A stretch of 64,000 nucleotides of DNA from a virus, in the IMG/VR virus record IMGVR_UViG_3300045973_000529, positions 96,001 through 160,000 of that record, one strand, 5' to 3'. The translations under genes and the position numbers were made by a program. Position 1 is the first letter of the stretch. Every line of letters begins with the position of its first letter. Below the pieces are notes generated by a model that was given only the letters and a program-made list of their open reading frames with translations, was not told the DNA's origin and made no database searches. This document shows, one piece after another, positions 8,388 through 17,523 of the stretch.

Positions 8388-9019
8388 AAGTCGTTGGTCT
8401 GTCTGGCGCCCAAGGTGGCGGCAAGAGCTCGCTGCTTGCTGAGCTTCAGCGACGTGGTTGGCTGGTGGACTCGTTCCGTGTCAGCCGCGCCGTGCAAGCT
8501 GCTCTGGGCTGGGATTCCCTCGATCGCGTCAAGGAGTCGTTCGAGACGATGGCGTCCTTTCAAGAGGAGGTCTTCTTCCAGAAGCATCGAAACGACTTCG
8601 CGCTGCATGAGAAGGCATGTGCCCGAACCATGGACCCCAAGGGACATGTGGTCCTCACAGAGCGCACGTTCGCTGACATCAACGCGTACACGAACCTCTG
8701 GACTTGGGGCTTTGTCGACAATGAGCAGGTCTCATTGGCGCATGCGATCGACTTCCTTCGCGGGTACACCCACGACTGCGCTGAAGCGCATGCCAAGATC
8801 TACCATGCGACTCTGCTGATGCCGCTGATGGATCACATCCCCTGGGAGAACGATCCGAACCGCGCCAAGAGGGAAGATGCTCAGTCGGTGTACGAAGACA
8901 TCGAGCGGTTTGTGGATCGCAAGACGCACATCATGCACCCGCGGCACCGCATCACGAGCAAGTCCGTTGAAGAGCGGGCTGACGAGGTCGAAACGTTCTT
9001 GGCGGGCTATGGACTATGA
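8384..9019 (+). CDS. P-loop nucleotide kinase-like protein (AAA_28/dNMP kinase type)
   Basis: GLSGAQGGGKS Walker A at N-terminus; VLTERTFAD motif. Confidence 0.8.
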   Translation: MKVVGLSGAQGGGKSSLLAELQRRGWLVDSFRVSRAVQAALGWDSLDRVKESFETMASFQEEVFFQKHRNDFALHEKACARTMDPKGHVVLTERTFADINAYTNLWTWGFVDNEQVSLAHAIDFLRGYTHDCAEAHAKIYHATLLMPLMDHIPWENDPNRAKREDAQSVYEDIERFVDRKTHIMHPRHRITSKSVEERADEVETFLAGYGL

Positions 9020-9192
9020 GCACTGAACGCGACTTCGATGCCGAGCTCATGGACGCCATCTCCGATGTGGTGGACTGGTTGGACTACGAGGTCTGGTACA
9101 CCTGTCCAGGCCTCGAGGAATCCGTTAGGAAGTTGAGAAACGCGCGCATGGCGAAGCTCGTGCACCAGAAACGAACCAAGAAGGAAGACTGA
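9016..9192 (+). CDS. hypothetical protein, 58 aa
   Basis: Manual translation MSTERDFDAELMDAISDVVDWLD...; coupled at both ends. Confidence 0.6.
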   Translation: MSTERDFDAELMDAISDVVDWLDYEVWYTCPGLEESVRKLRNARMAKLVHQKRTKKED

Positions 9193-9803
9193 TGGCCTAC
9201 ATCAAGGGATACTCACGCGCCCATCCGGGCAAGTACTCAATCGTCATCGACTGGGAGACCACTGGGTCGACATTCGGTGGTGACTCGAGTGTCGACTACC
9301 AAGGCATCGCGTTCGGCGTTGTGGTCGCTGACAACAACACCTGGGAAGAGGTCGACTGCCTGTACCGCGAGCTGCACTTCGACGAGACGAAGTACAAGTG
9401 GACCGACAAGGCTGAAGAGATTCATGGTCTGAGCCGTGCCCATCTGCTCGAACACGGGGTGTCGCGTGAAGAGGCACTGGCTGATCTGCTCGATCTGCTC
9501 CTGAAGTACTGGGCGCCTGGTCAGAAGATCATGCTCATCGGTCACAACAGCGGCTTCGATGCCGACTTCACGAACCAACTCTTCACTGACTTCGGCGTGG
9601 AGCTGAACATCCATCACGTCATGCCTGACAGCTCCGCAGTCGCCTTTGTGCTGACTGGCGAGTACAAGTCGGACGTGGTGTTCGAGATCCTCGGCGGCAT
9701 CGACAAGCGTGGGCTGCACAATGCTCTCGACGATGCTCGTGCCTGCCTCACCTGCCTTCGCAATGCGAAGCAGATCTTCACTGCTGGATTGGGAGCCCAA
9801 TGA
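9192..9803 (+). CDS. DEDDh 3'-5' exonuclease (DnaQ/oligoribonuclease-like)
   Basis: VIDWETTG, LIGHNSGFD, HNALDDA. Confidence 0.9.
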   Translation: MAYIKGYSRAHPGKYSIVIDWETTGSTFGGDSSVDYQGIAFGVVVADNNTWEEVDCLYRELHFDETKYKWTDKAEEIHGLSRAHLLEHGVSREEALADLLDLLLKYWAPGQKIMLIGHNSGFDADFTNQLFTDFGVELNIHHVMPDSSAVAFVLTGEYKSDVVFEILGGIDKRGLHNALDDARACLTCLRNAKQIFTAGLGAQ

Positions 9804-10501
9804 TGGACGACAAGACGATTGATGACCTGAACGCTGAGCTGCGCGAGCAAGACTTCCTCGATCTCGATGGTGAGCTTGCTGATGTCATCGAGGCCATGAT
9901 GCTCGCTGAAGACGCGGCCTTCATGGCTGGGGCGCTCGAGCCGATCGACATGTCTGGATGGACGATGACAACGACCCAGATCGTCAGTCCGTACTTCGTG
10001 GAGCCGGTGGAAGCCAAGATGGATCTACCAGAGGTTGATGTGCCTGGCGCTGTGCGGTACGTGAACGAGGAGAATGCGTCGTACATGTTCAAGGACGGCA
10101 AGTGGATTGTGTTCAGCATGACGGCAACCAAGCCCGATCGTGCACCACCACGGATGTTGACGGGCACGTGCGATGGCGTCCATCCGCCACGCAGCATGGA
10201 CTACTTCCGTCGATTTGCAGATGCACCAACCAATGCAGAGGAACTCAAGATGTGGGCCTCAATCGGTGTGAGCGGCAGCGTGTTGCGCGAGTGGGCGGGT
10301 GTCTACCCGATCGAAGATCAAGTCGTGTTCAAGGTCCCGAAGAGCTTGCGTGATCGCAGCGAGTACTGCACTGATGTGCCGCACAAGCACTCAGCTGGTC
10401 CGAACCCATGCAATGAAGTCCAGCTCATGGCACCGCAACCATGCACGCTGATTGGCCCCGACCCACTACCCAAGAAGCGCAAGATCCTGGTGTCGCGATG
10501 A
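9800..10501 (+). CDS. hypothetical protein
   Basis: 233-aa coupled ORF. Confidence 0.6.
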   Translation: MMDDKTIDDLNAELREQDFLDLDGELADVIEAMMLAEDAAFMAGALEPIDMSGWTMTTTQIVSPYFVEPVEAKMDLPEVDVPGAVRYVNEENASYMFKDGKWIVFSMTATKPDRAPPRMLTGTCDGVHPPRSMDYFRRFADAPTNAEELKMWASIGVSGSVLREWAGVYPIEDQVVFKVPKSLRDRSEYCTDVPHKHSAGPNPCNEVQLMAPQPCTLIGPDPLPKKRKILVSR

Positions 10502-10926
10502 ACCAGTACCCATTCACCATCAAGCTACTTGTGCAGCGTCGTCCGCACATGCGCGACGACAATCTCGAGATGGTCATGCACATGGGCACTCGTGTTCTGC
10601 GACAGATCTTCGATGACATGCGGGTTGATCCAACGGTCGAGCACCTTGTGCTGTACTTCCCAGAGCGCTGGATGAACATCATCGAGGAACGGAGCCTGTG
10701 GGACCGCCTCGTGAAGTACTGTCCGAATCTCAAGAGCGTCGAGGTCATGACCCAGTCGGTGTACATCATCCAGTGTACCCGTGCCGAGAACGTCCTCATC
10801 GTCTCCTCTGAAGATGAGGTTGCTCGCACCAAGGCTGAAGGTGGCCTGACTCAGGAATCGTCTGAAGGTCGGCTGTGGTACAAGAATGTGCACGGCTTCG
10901 ATTTCAGCAAGCTCACGGTAATGTGA
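10498..10926 (+). CDS. hypothetical protein
   Basis: ATGA coupling gives start 10498 (MNQYPFTIKL). Confidence 0.7.
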   Translation: MNQYPFTIKLLVQRRPHMRDDNLEMVMHMGTRVLRQIFDDMRVDPTVEHLVLYFPERWMNIIEERSLWDRLVKYCPNLKSVEVMTQSVYIIQCTRAENVLIVSSEDEVARTKAEGGLTQESSEGRLWYKNVHGFDFSKLTVM

Positions 10927-10938
10927 CCCAAACCCAGG

Positions 10939-10968
10939 TTGTCACTTTCTGGGTCGTATTGCTACAAT
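10939..10968 (+). promoter_or_regulatory. sigma70-like promoter TTGTCA-N18-TACAAT, leaderless-type
   Basis: TACAAT ends 5 nt before ATG 10974. Confidence 0.65.
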
Positions 10969-10973
10969 AGCGT

Positions 10974-11291
10974 ATGACTTGGAAACTTTACCTCGACGAT
11001 CTGCGCGCGCCACCCGATCAAACTTGGGTGGTGGCCAGATCCGTGCCAGCTGCCTGGCACCACATCTGCACGTACGGGCTGCCACTCGAAATGAGCCTTG
11101 ATCACGATCTTGGCACTGACACCGACGCCCCTGTACTGCTGCACTCCTTTATCGAAGCGTACCTCGACCGTGAGGAAGACAGGCGATTCGAGGGCGTCCG
11201 CAACATCAAGTTCAAAGTTCATTCTGCAAACCCCACGGGCGCGCGGAACATGGAGCTGCTTTGGGCGAATTTTCTGAGGTGTACTGAATGA
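10974..11291 (+). CDS. cyclic-phosphate processing receiver-domain protein
   Basis: KLYLDDLR.PP..W.VARS ... MSLDHDLG ... VHSANP.G signature. Confidence 0.85.
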   Translation: MTWKLYLDDLRAPPDQTWVVARSVPAAWHHICTYGLPLEMSLDHDLGTDTDAPVLLHSFIEAYLDREEDRRFEGVRNIKFKVHSANPTGARNMELLWANFLRCTE

Positions 11292-11539
11292 ACTACGTCT
11301 ACAACGACGTCGAAGTGAAGCTCACAGGCCGCAAGGCCTCAAAGCCTGGCATCGGCGGCAAGCGGTCTGAACTTCATGAGATCACGCCAGCCGATGAGAA
11401 TAACGGCGACTGGAAGAAGTGGGTGCCGATGCAGGCGCTCTTCCAGATCGAAGAGCAGCCAAAGCTGCCAGTACCGATGTCACGAACAAAAGCTGATGGG
11501 AGTGGCTGGGAAGACATTCAACCTGGAGAATCCCGATGA
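11288..11539 (+). CDS. conserved large-phage hypothetical protein
   Basis: EVKLTGRKA...EI.P......WKKWV motif. Confidence 0.7.
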   Translation: MNYVYNDVEVKLTGRKASKPGIGGKRSELHEITPADENNGDWKKWVPMQALFQIEEQPKLPVPMSRTKADGSGWEDIQPGESR

Positions 11540-11796
11540 AGTACACCGTTCTTTCGACCATGCAGTTGCTGATCATGACCCTGTTGACCGGTCTACTGGC
11601 TGGCGCGCTGTCCATCGGCTTCGTCATCTGGCGTGACTACAAGCTGCTGCCAATCGTCGCCACCACTGTAGGTGGCGAGTGCATCAAGGTGCTGAACCTC
11701 CAGAACGGGCATGCCTTCTCGTGCCCGGACAAGGACGTGCTGCTGCGACAGTACCGGGTGCAGGTGCTCCCGGTTGAGGCCAAAGCCAGCCAATAA
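11536..11796 (+). CDS. membrane-anchored protein
   Basis: N-terminal TM helix; Cys pair in soluble part. Confidence 0.65.
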   Translation: MKYTVLSTMQLLIMTLLTGLLAGALSIGFVIWRDYKLLPIVATTVGGECIKVLNLQNGHAFSCPDKDVLLRQYRVQVLPVEAKASQ

Positions 11797-11805
11797 CCGG
11801 TGGCC

Positions 11806-11811
11806 TAAATA
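11806..11811 (+). promoter_or_regulatory. late promoter TAAATA
   Basis: CTAAATAG in intergenic gap. Confidence 0.75.
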
Positions 11812-11836
11812 GGGCTGTTGCAATGACAGCCCTACC

Positions 11837-13009
11837 ATGAAAAAGTATGTGACGATGAAGTGCTCCGTGTGCGCACGGACACGCGATTCGCTGATTGACA
11901 TCACGCACTACGCCACCGACAAATGCACCATCACTTTGGGGTGCGAAGGTCGGTTGGCCCCAATTGGTTATACCAGTGATGGCACGGTGCTGAACAGCAT
12001 TCCTCCAACGGGATTGACGAACTGGTATCCGCGCGGCAGTGCTGTCACCGGCATCATTCCCCTAACTGAACAAACGCTGTACGACACTGCCACGGGAGCC
12101 ACTAAGCGGCAGTTCATTCTCGCCGTGTCAAACACTTCACTGGGGTTCGTTCCAAGCGACAACGCCACCATTGCACTGCACCTCGCCGGTGAGCCGCAAT
12201 CAGCGAAAGACTATCGGCAGTACCTGTACCGCAAGTCTGGTTCGTTCACTACTGTGAACGGCACTGAAGATGGTGCCAGCAAGAAGGTGCTGCGGTATGA
12301 CATCACAGGCACCAATCCTGATGTGGTTGACGTGTACGTGAACGGGGTGAAGTACGTCAGAGGCACGACTGCCGGTACCTATCGGCTCTATGATGGCACC
12401 GTCACCTCGGCAGCGCCACCGAACACGGTTCTGTTCAACACCACCATCACCGGTTCCTCTACCCAAGTGGATGTGATCGTCACGAAGGCAGCAGTTCCGA
12501 CTGAGCTGACACTGAACTTCTCGCGCATGATTCTTGACGAGTCACGCACTGGCACCGGCGCATGGGAGGGCATTGACGCCGTCAAGCATCAAGCCACCAA
12601 GGTAATGCACTCGCTGTTCTACTGCGACGTCTCTGAGGTGGCACCTCTGCAAGACGTGAAGCTTCGACTTAGCAGCACGGCGAGCACGCTGCACGATGCC
12701 GCTACCGTCACGCTCAATCCGGCTTGGGGCATCATTCTGCTGTCGCATGAAAAGCTCTACACACCACTGGATCGTCAGCGTGCCATGTACGTACCATTGA
12801 GTGCATTGAACAATGCAACCAATTACCTCGTGATGAAGTTCATCGACGGGGTGTACCAATTGCTCGTCACGAAGGACTCTGCAGTGGACGTGTTTCCACC
12901 GTTTGAAGTCATTCGCCTGAGCACCGCTGCGCTGGTGAAGACTGGCGTCACAGGCGATTCGAGCGCGCAGCAGCTCAACAACTCTGTCATCGTAGGACCA
13001 GACGCATGA
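11837..13009 (+). CDS. putative virion structural protein with N-terminal Cys cluster
   Basis: Late promoter; T/G/S-rich beta-type composition; CSVC...C...C. Confidence 0.6.
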   Translation: MKKYVTMKCSVCARTRDSLIDITHYATDKCTITLGCEGRLAPIGYTSDGTVLNSIPPTGLTNWYPRGSAVTGIIPLTEQTLYDTATGATKRQFILAVSNTSLGFVPSDNATIALHLAGEPQSAKDYRQYLYRKSGSFTTVNGTEDGASKKVLRYDITGTNPDVVDVYVNGVKYVRGTTAGTYRLYDGTVTSAAPPNTVLFNTTITGSSTQVDVIVTKAAVPTELTLNFSRMILDESRTGTGAWEGIDAVKHQATKVMHSLFYCDVSEVAPLQDVKLRLSSTASTLHDAATVTLNPAWGIILLSHEKLYTPLDRQRAMYVPLSALNNATNYLVMKFIDGVYQLLVTKDSAVDVFPPFEVIRLSTAALVKTGVTGDSSAQQLNNSVIVGPDA

Positions 13010-13461
13010 TCACTCCCCCTCTCGTTGTTCCAAGTTTCTACACGGCATTGTTCGAGCGCACAGGCGCTCAAGAGATCATGAAGCTGGTCGCGCCAACGAG
13101 TGGCAAGGACATTGACCAAGTGCTCGTGACGTCAATCGACATGGCATCAGATCTTGAAGCCAGCGTTGAGCTTCGTGATGCGATCATGAAGGTCATGGAC
13201 GGCGCTGGCGTGCTGTTCGATGAGAAGTTGAAATTCAATCCGCTGTACCTCCCCACTGATTCAGACGTGCTGGCAGAGGCGATGGAGGTTGACGACGACG
13301 GTGTAGTCAAGTCTATCAGCGGGTTCGACAATCCGTTCATCACCATGAACATGTCAATTATGACGGCTGATGAAGGTGAAGCGGTGCTTGGCAAGGTGTG
13401 CTACAAGCAGTTCGAGCTGCCACCATACAACGACATCTTCGAAAGCAGAAAGCCATCATGA
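13006..13461 (+). CDS. hypothetical acidic protein
   Basis: ATGA coupling. Confidence 0.7.
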   Translation: MITPPLVVPSFYTALFERTGAQEIMKLVAPTSGKDIDQVLVTSIDMASDLEASVELRDAIMKVMDGAGVLFDEKLKFNPLYLPTDSDVLAEAMEVDDDGVVKSISGFDNPFITMNMSIMTADEGEAVLGKVCYKQFELPPYNDIFESRKPS

Positions 13462-13865
13462 ACTTCGCCACCCCTGTGAACTATCGCTATGCGATGAACC
13501 TGAAGCTGAATCAAGTTCACGGCACTGCGCCAACTCAGCCGTTCTTCCCATCAATCGAAGACATCGTCTTCAGCTCCCGCGAGTTCAGGGAGTTCGACGA
13601 GGCAGTGCAGTCGGCAAACATGTTCGTGGCCGAGGTGACCAGAACGGCGAATGACATGGCGAAGCTTGAGAAGTACAAGATGATCAGTGAGATCAACCCC
13701 AAGTTCACCGGCAAGGAAACGATCTCGAAGAACTGGGACAGCAACGAGGTTGCGAAGCTGTGGATCATCGACGCAGCGCGACAGGAAAAGTACCCTGGTC
13801 AGATGCTGGCGGTTGGGCTGACCCAGATTCTCGAAGTGCCACAGGAACTGGTCCCGCTCATGTGA
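13458..13865 (+). CDS. hypothetical protein
   Basis: ATGA coupling gives start 13458 (MNFATPVNY). Confidence 0.7.
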   Translation: MNFATPVNYRYAMNLKLNQVHGTAPTQPFFPSIEDIVFSSREFREFDEAVQSANMFVAEVTRTANDMAKLEKYKMISEINPKFTGKETISKNWDSNEVAKLWIIDAARQEKYPGQMLAVGLTQILEVPQELVPLM

Positions 13866-13892
13866 CCCAGTCCCTTGCTTGGGACGCCTCTC

Positions 13893-13912
13893 GTTACAGT
13901 TGGTTGTACAAT
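13893..13912 (+). promoter_or_regulatory. GTTACA box plus TACAAT -10 element
   Basis: CGTTACAGTTGGTTGTACAAT upstream of the dsbA-like/pol operon. Confidence 0.55.
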
Positions 13913-13944
13913 GACGTTACGACTTACCAACCACAGAGGTGCAC

Positions 13945-14295
13945 ATGCGCGAACTCTCCAACACTGTCTCCGCCGACAAGCCGAACACCAAGTTCCGTTC
14001 CATTCAGGACATCCTCAAGGACCCGCTCCTGAAGGCCAAGCTGAACAATCTCGTCGACGAAGCGGTGCGCTGCAAGCAACGCATCTACGGCGAGCAGCAA
14101 GCGATCAAGGATCTGCGCGACGTCGCTCGCAATGATGTGTCGCTGAACCCGAAGCACTTCAACTACTACGTGGCGATGGTGTTCAACAACGACTACGCAG
14201 CGCGCAAGGAAGACGTCGATCAACTCGGCACGCTGATCGATGCAGTGCTGGCTCTGGGCATCAACGACGATGTGCCTGGCGATGCCGACGACTGA
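13945..14295 (+). CDS. dsbA: T4 DsbA-like dsDNA-binding protein
   Basis: LVDEA..K..I...AIKDLRD.A.......FN..VAM pattern parallels T4 DsbA; GAGG RBS. Confidence 0.65.
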   Translation: MRELSNTVSADKPNTKFRSIQDILKDPLLKAKLNNLVDEAVRCKQRIYGEQQAIKDLRDVARNDVSLNPKHFNYYVAMVFNNDYAARKEDVDQLGTLIDAVLALGINDDVPGDADD

Positions 14296-14596
14296 CCTGG
14301 TCGGGTACAAGCTCTTCAGGCTTCGGAAGGACGGGTCACTTGGCCCATTGTTCATCAACAAGCAGCTACGGCTGGATGTTGGTGGAACGTACGAAGCTGA
14401 AGAGCATCGCACCAAGGGCTACGCTTTCCGACCGGGCTGGCACCTGTGCAAGACCCCAACAGCGCCTCATCTGTCCAAGAACAACCGTGTTTGGGCGAAG
14501 GTCATGGCGTACGATGCCACAGAGTATCCGCGGCCTGAGTCACAGGGCGGCGCTTGGTTGTTGGCGAAACGAATCACCATTCTTGAACTTGCATGA
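14282..14596 (+). CDS. conserved phage hypothetical protein
   Basis: GYKLFR..KDG.L.PLFI ... AFRPGWH ... APHLS motifs. Confidence 0.7.
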   Translation: MPTTDLVGYKLFRLRKDGSLGPLFINKQLRLDVGGTYEAEEHRTKGYAFRPGWHLCKTPTAPHLSKNNRVWAKVMAYDATEYPRPESQGGAWLLAKRITILELA

Positions 14597-17502
14597 ACAC
14601 TTCCTACATCAGCTCCACCACCGACTGGGATACCGATCAAGTCATGGTGTGGGAGCGTCCAGTCGACGGTGGCCCAAGAACGCTGCAGCTTCACAAAGCG
14701 CTGCGATACTTCTATGTGCCTGACCCGGATGGAAAGCACACGGCCATCGATGGTCGCCAGCTCAAGCGGATTGACTGCGACTCGAGGGACGAACTGACAG
14801 AGACGTTGAAGCGGTATCGCGACAAGTACGAGTCGGACTTCCAGCCTGAGGCCCGTGTTCTGATGGACAAGTACTACGGTCGGCCAACGCCAATCGTGCA
14901 CTATGCGTTCCTCGACATCGAGGTCGACTACAAGTCGAAGCTCGGTTTCAGCTCACCTGAGAATCCGTACGCACCAATCAACGCGATCACGATCTACCAG
15001 TCGTGGACACGCGAGTACTTCACATACGCCGTGCCGCCAAAGGGCTGGAAAGGCACGCAAGAGTCGCTCCAAGTCGAAATCGACAAGCTTTGGGCCGAGC
15101 ACAAGCTCGCCTTCAAACCAAACGTCACGATCTGCAACACGGAACGTGACTTGCTGCTGTACATGCTCGGCGACATCGAAGACGCTGACATCATCAGCGG
15201 TTGGAACTCAGAGTTCTTCGACAATCCATACATCATCAAGCGCCTTGAGCGGGTGCTTGGCAAGAAGGCCATGGCTAGCATGTGCTTCAAAGGAGCACCA
15301 GCTCCGAAGGAGCGTGTCGTCAAGCGATTCGGTAGTGATGCCATCACGTACACCTTGTACGGTCGTACTCATCTGGACTACTTGGACCTCTTCAAGAAGT
15401 TCACATTCGAAGGGCGGGTTTCGTACTCACTCGCGAACATCGCAGCCGAAGAGCTGGACGTTCCGAAGCTGGACTACCCTGGCACTCTTGAGCAGCTGTA
15501 CAACAACGACTTCGCGCACTTCATCACGTACAACGCACGTGACGTCGAAGTCCTCGTGAAGCTGGACGTGAAGTTCAAGCTCATGCAGCTCGTGAACCAG
15601 ATGGCGCATGAGAACACCGTGCCGTTCATGGCGATTCTTGGCACAGTGCGATACGTCGAGACGGGCATCACGAACCGCGCGCACAACGTGCACAACAAGA
15701 TCGTGCTTGACAAGCGCATGGGTGCGACCAAGAACAAGAAGGTCGAAGGTGCGGTAGTGATGACCCCGTTCGCGGGTCTGCATGACTGGCTCGGTTCAGT
15801 GGACATCACGTCCCTGTACCCGTCCGTGATCCGTGCTTTGAACATGTCGATCGAGACGTTCGTTGGTCAGTTTGTGGATGAAGAAGCCGCATGGGCTGGC
15901 ATTCGCAAGAAGGACCACAACGACTGGACGCTGGTGATGGCTGACGACACGGCCATGACGCTGACTGGCGCCAAGTGGCACGAGTGGATGCGTGAGATGA
16001 ACTGCGCCGTGTCCGCGTTCGGCACCGTGTTTGATCAGAACCAGGCTGGCATGGTGGCAGACACCCTCACGTACTGGTTCAACGAGCGCGTCAGATTGAA
16101 CGCGGAGAAGAAGAAGTACGCCAAGCTGGCCGAGAATGAGAAGGATCCAGAAAAGCAAGCCGAGTATCAGCGGCAAGCAGATCACTTCGACCTGTTGCAG
16201 CTCACCAAGAAGATCCAACTAAACTCGACCTATGGTGCCTTGTTGAATGAAGCCTTCCGCTTCGGTCGCCGTGAAATCGGTGCCTCAGTGACGGGCACTG
16301 GTCGTCAGATCAGCACGCACATGGCGCAGACGATTGGTGAGGTCATCAGTGGGCGACCATGCGAGCTACGCAAGCGGTTCGCTCCTGGCACGCATGATCT
16401 TGACGAGAACGAAATCCGTCAGAAGGCGGGTGATTGGATCGTCAAGAAGAACAAGCCAGCACCAGCACGCACCACTGAACCATACGCTCGTGCGCTGCAA
16501 GCTGGGAACATTGCCGCGTTGTCGGAGCTTCTTGCCACTGCACTTGAGCTTGAGCTGAAGAAGGATCCAGATACTGGCGACATGATTCTGGCTCCAACCG
16601 GTGCTGTGTACTTCCCGGTGTTCACGGACAAGGAAGAGCATGCTGGTGACATCATCTACGGTGACACCGACTCGTGCTACTTCAAGACGCACGGTGTGGA
16701 CTACGAGGATGCAGTCCAGAAGGCTGACTCCATTGCGGAGCAGACGAATGCGACCTTCCCAGCGTTCATGGCTGAGGCGTTCAACTGTACCGATGGCCGT
16801 GAAAAGCTGATCAAGGCGGCTCGTGAAGTCGTTGCTGAGCGTGGCCTGTTCATGCACGCCAAGAAGAAGTACACCTTGCGTGTCGTGAACTTGGATGGCA
16901 AGGATCTGCGTGCCAAGCCGAAGCTGAAGTCGATGGGCTCCGAAATCAAGAAGGCCGACACGCCCAAGATCGTGCAGGACTTCCTGAAGGACCTCATGGA
17001 CTTGGTGTTGACGGGCAAGGAGTACAAGACGCTGGAGGAGTTCGTGAACTCGCACCGTGGCGAGCTCCTTGGTCCTGGGGTTGACATCCTGTCGTTGGCA
17101 CCATCGAAGCAAGTGAACAATCTGGATGAGTACTACGCCGAATACAAGCGCACCGAGAAGATCAAGCGCGGCAAGATGAAGGTCTGTCCAGGTCACGTAC
17201 GCGCTGCGATCAACTACAACGAGATGATCGAGCAGTTCGATCCAGGTACAGCAAAGCCGCTCAAGGCAGGCGACAAAGCCGCGATTCTGTACTTGCGCGA
17301 GAACTCGTTTGGGCTGAAGTCGATTGGCTTCCCGGCCGACATGCAGCATCTGCCCGACTGGTTCAATAAGAACTTCAAGGTCGACATGAAACTCACCGAA
17401 GAGAAGATGGTCGACTCCAAGATCGATGGCATCTTCGAGGCGCTTGGGTTCGAGGTGCCGACCTTGCAGCGCTCCTTCCTAGGAACCATGTTCACATTTT
17501 GA
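14593..17502 (+). CDS. 43: family B DNA polymerase with 3'-5' exonuclease (T4 gp43-like)
   Basis: FLDIEVD, SGWNSEFFD, DITSLYPS, KKIQLNSTYG, YGDTDS. Confidence 0.97.
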   Translation: MNTSYISSTTDWDTDQVMVWERPVDGGPRTLQLHKALRYFYVPDPDGKHTAIDGRQLKRIDCDSRDELTETLKRYRDKYESDFQPEARVLMDKYYGRPTPIVHYAFLDIEVDYKSKLGFSSPENPYAPINAITIYQSWTREYFTYAVPPKGWKGTQESLQVEIDKLWAEHKLAFKPNVTICNTERDLLLYMLGDIEDADIISGWNSEFFDNPYIIKRLERVLGKKAMASMCFKGAPAPKERVVKRFGSDAITYTLYGRTHLDYLDLFKKFTFEGRVSYSLANIAAEELDVPKLDYPGTLEQLYNNDFAHFITYNARDVEVLVKLDVKFKLMQLVNQMAHENTVPFMAILGTVRYVETGITNRAHNVHNKIVLDKRMGATKNKKVEGAVVMTPFAGLHDWLGSVDITSLYPSVIRALNMSIETFVGQFVDEEAAWAGIRKKDHNDWTLVMADDTAMTLTGAKWHEWMREMNCAVSAFGTVFDQNQAGMVADTLTYWFNERVRLNAEKKKYAKLAENEKDPEKQAEYQRQADHFDLLQLTKKIQLNSTYGALLNEAFRFGRREIGASVTGTGRQISTHMAQTIGEVISGRPCELRKRFAPGTHDLDENEIRQKAGDWIVKKNKPAPARTTEPYARALQAGNIAALSELLATALELELKKDPDTGDMILAPTGAVYFPVFTDKEEHAGDIIYGDTDSCYFKTHGVDYEDAVQKADSIAEQTNATFPAFMAEAFNCTDGREKLIKAAREVVAERGLFMHAKKKYTLRVVNLDGKDLRAKPKLKSMGSEIKKADTPKIVQDFLKDLMDLVLTGKEYKTLEEFVNSHRGELLGPGVDILSLAPSKQVNNLDEYYAEYKRTEKIKRGKMKVCPGHVRAAINYNEMIEQFDPGTAKPLKAGDKAAILYLRENSFGLKSIGFPADMQHLPDWFNKNFKVDMKLTEEKMVDSKIDGIFEALGFEVPTLQRSFLGTMFTF

Positions 17503-17508
17503 CCAATT

Positions 17509-17517
17509 TGTTACAAT
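17509..17517 (+). promoter_or_regulatory. extended -10 TGTTACAAT, leaderless-type
   Basis: TACAAT ends 6 nt before ATG 17524; no SD. Confidence 0.65.
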
Positions 17518-17523
17518 TACATC

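Noticed and set aside
16345-16650. Intein or homing endonuclease in PolB
   Set aside because: No splice-junction residues or endonuclease motifs, and not at a canonical pol-a/b/c site; kept as a plain insertion
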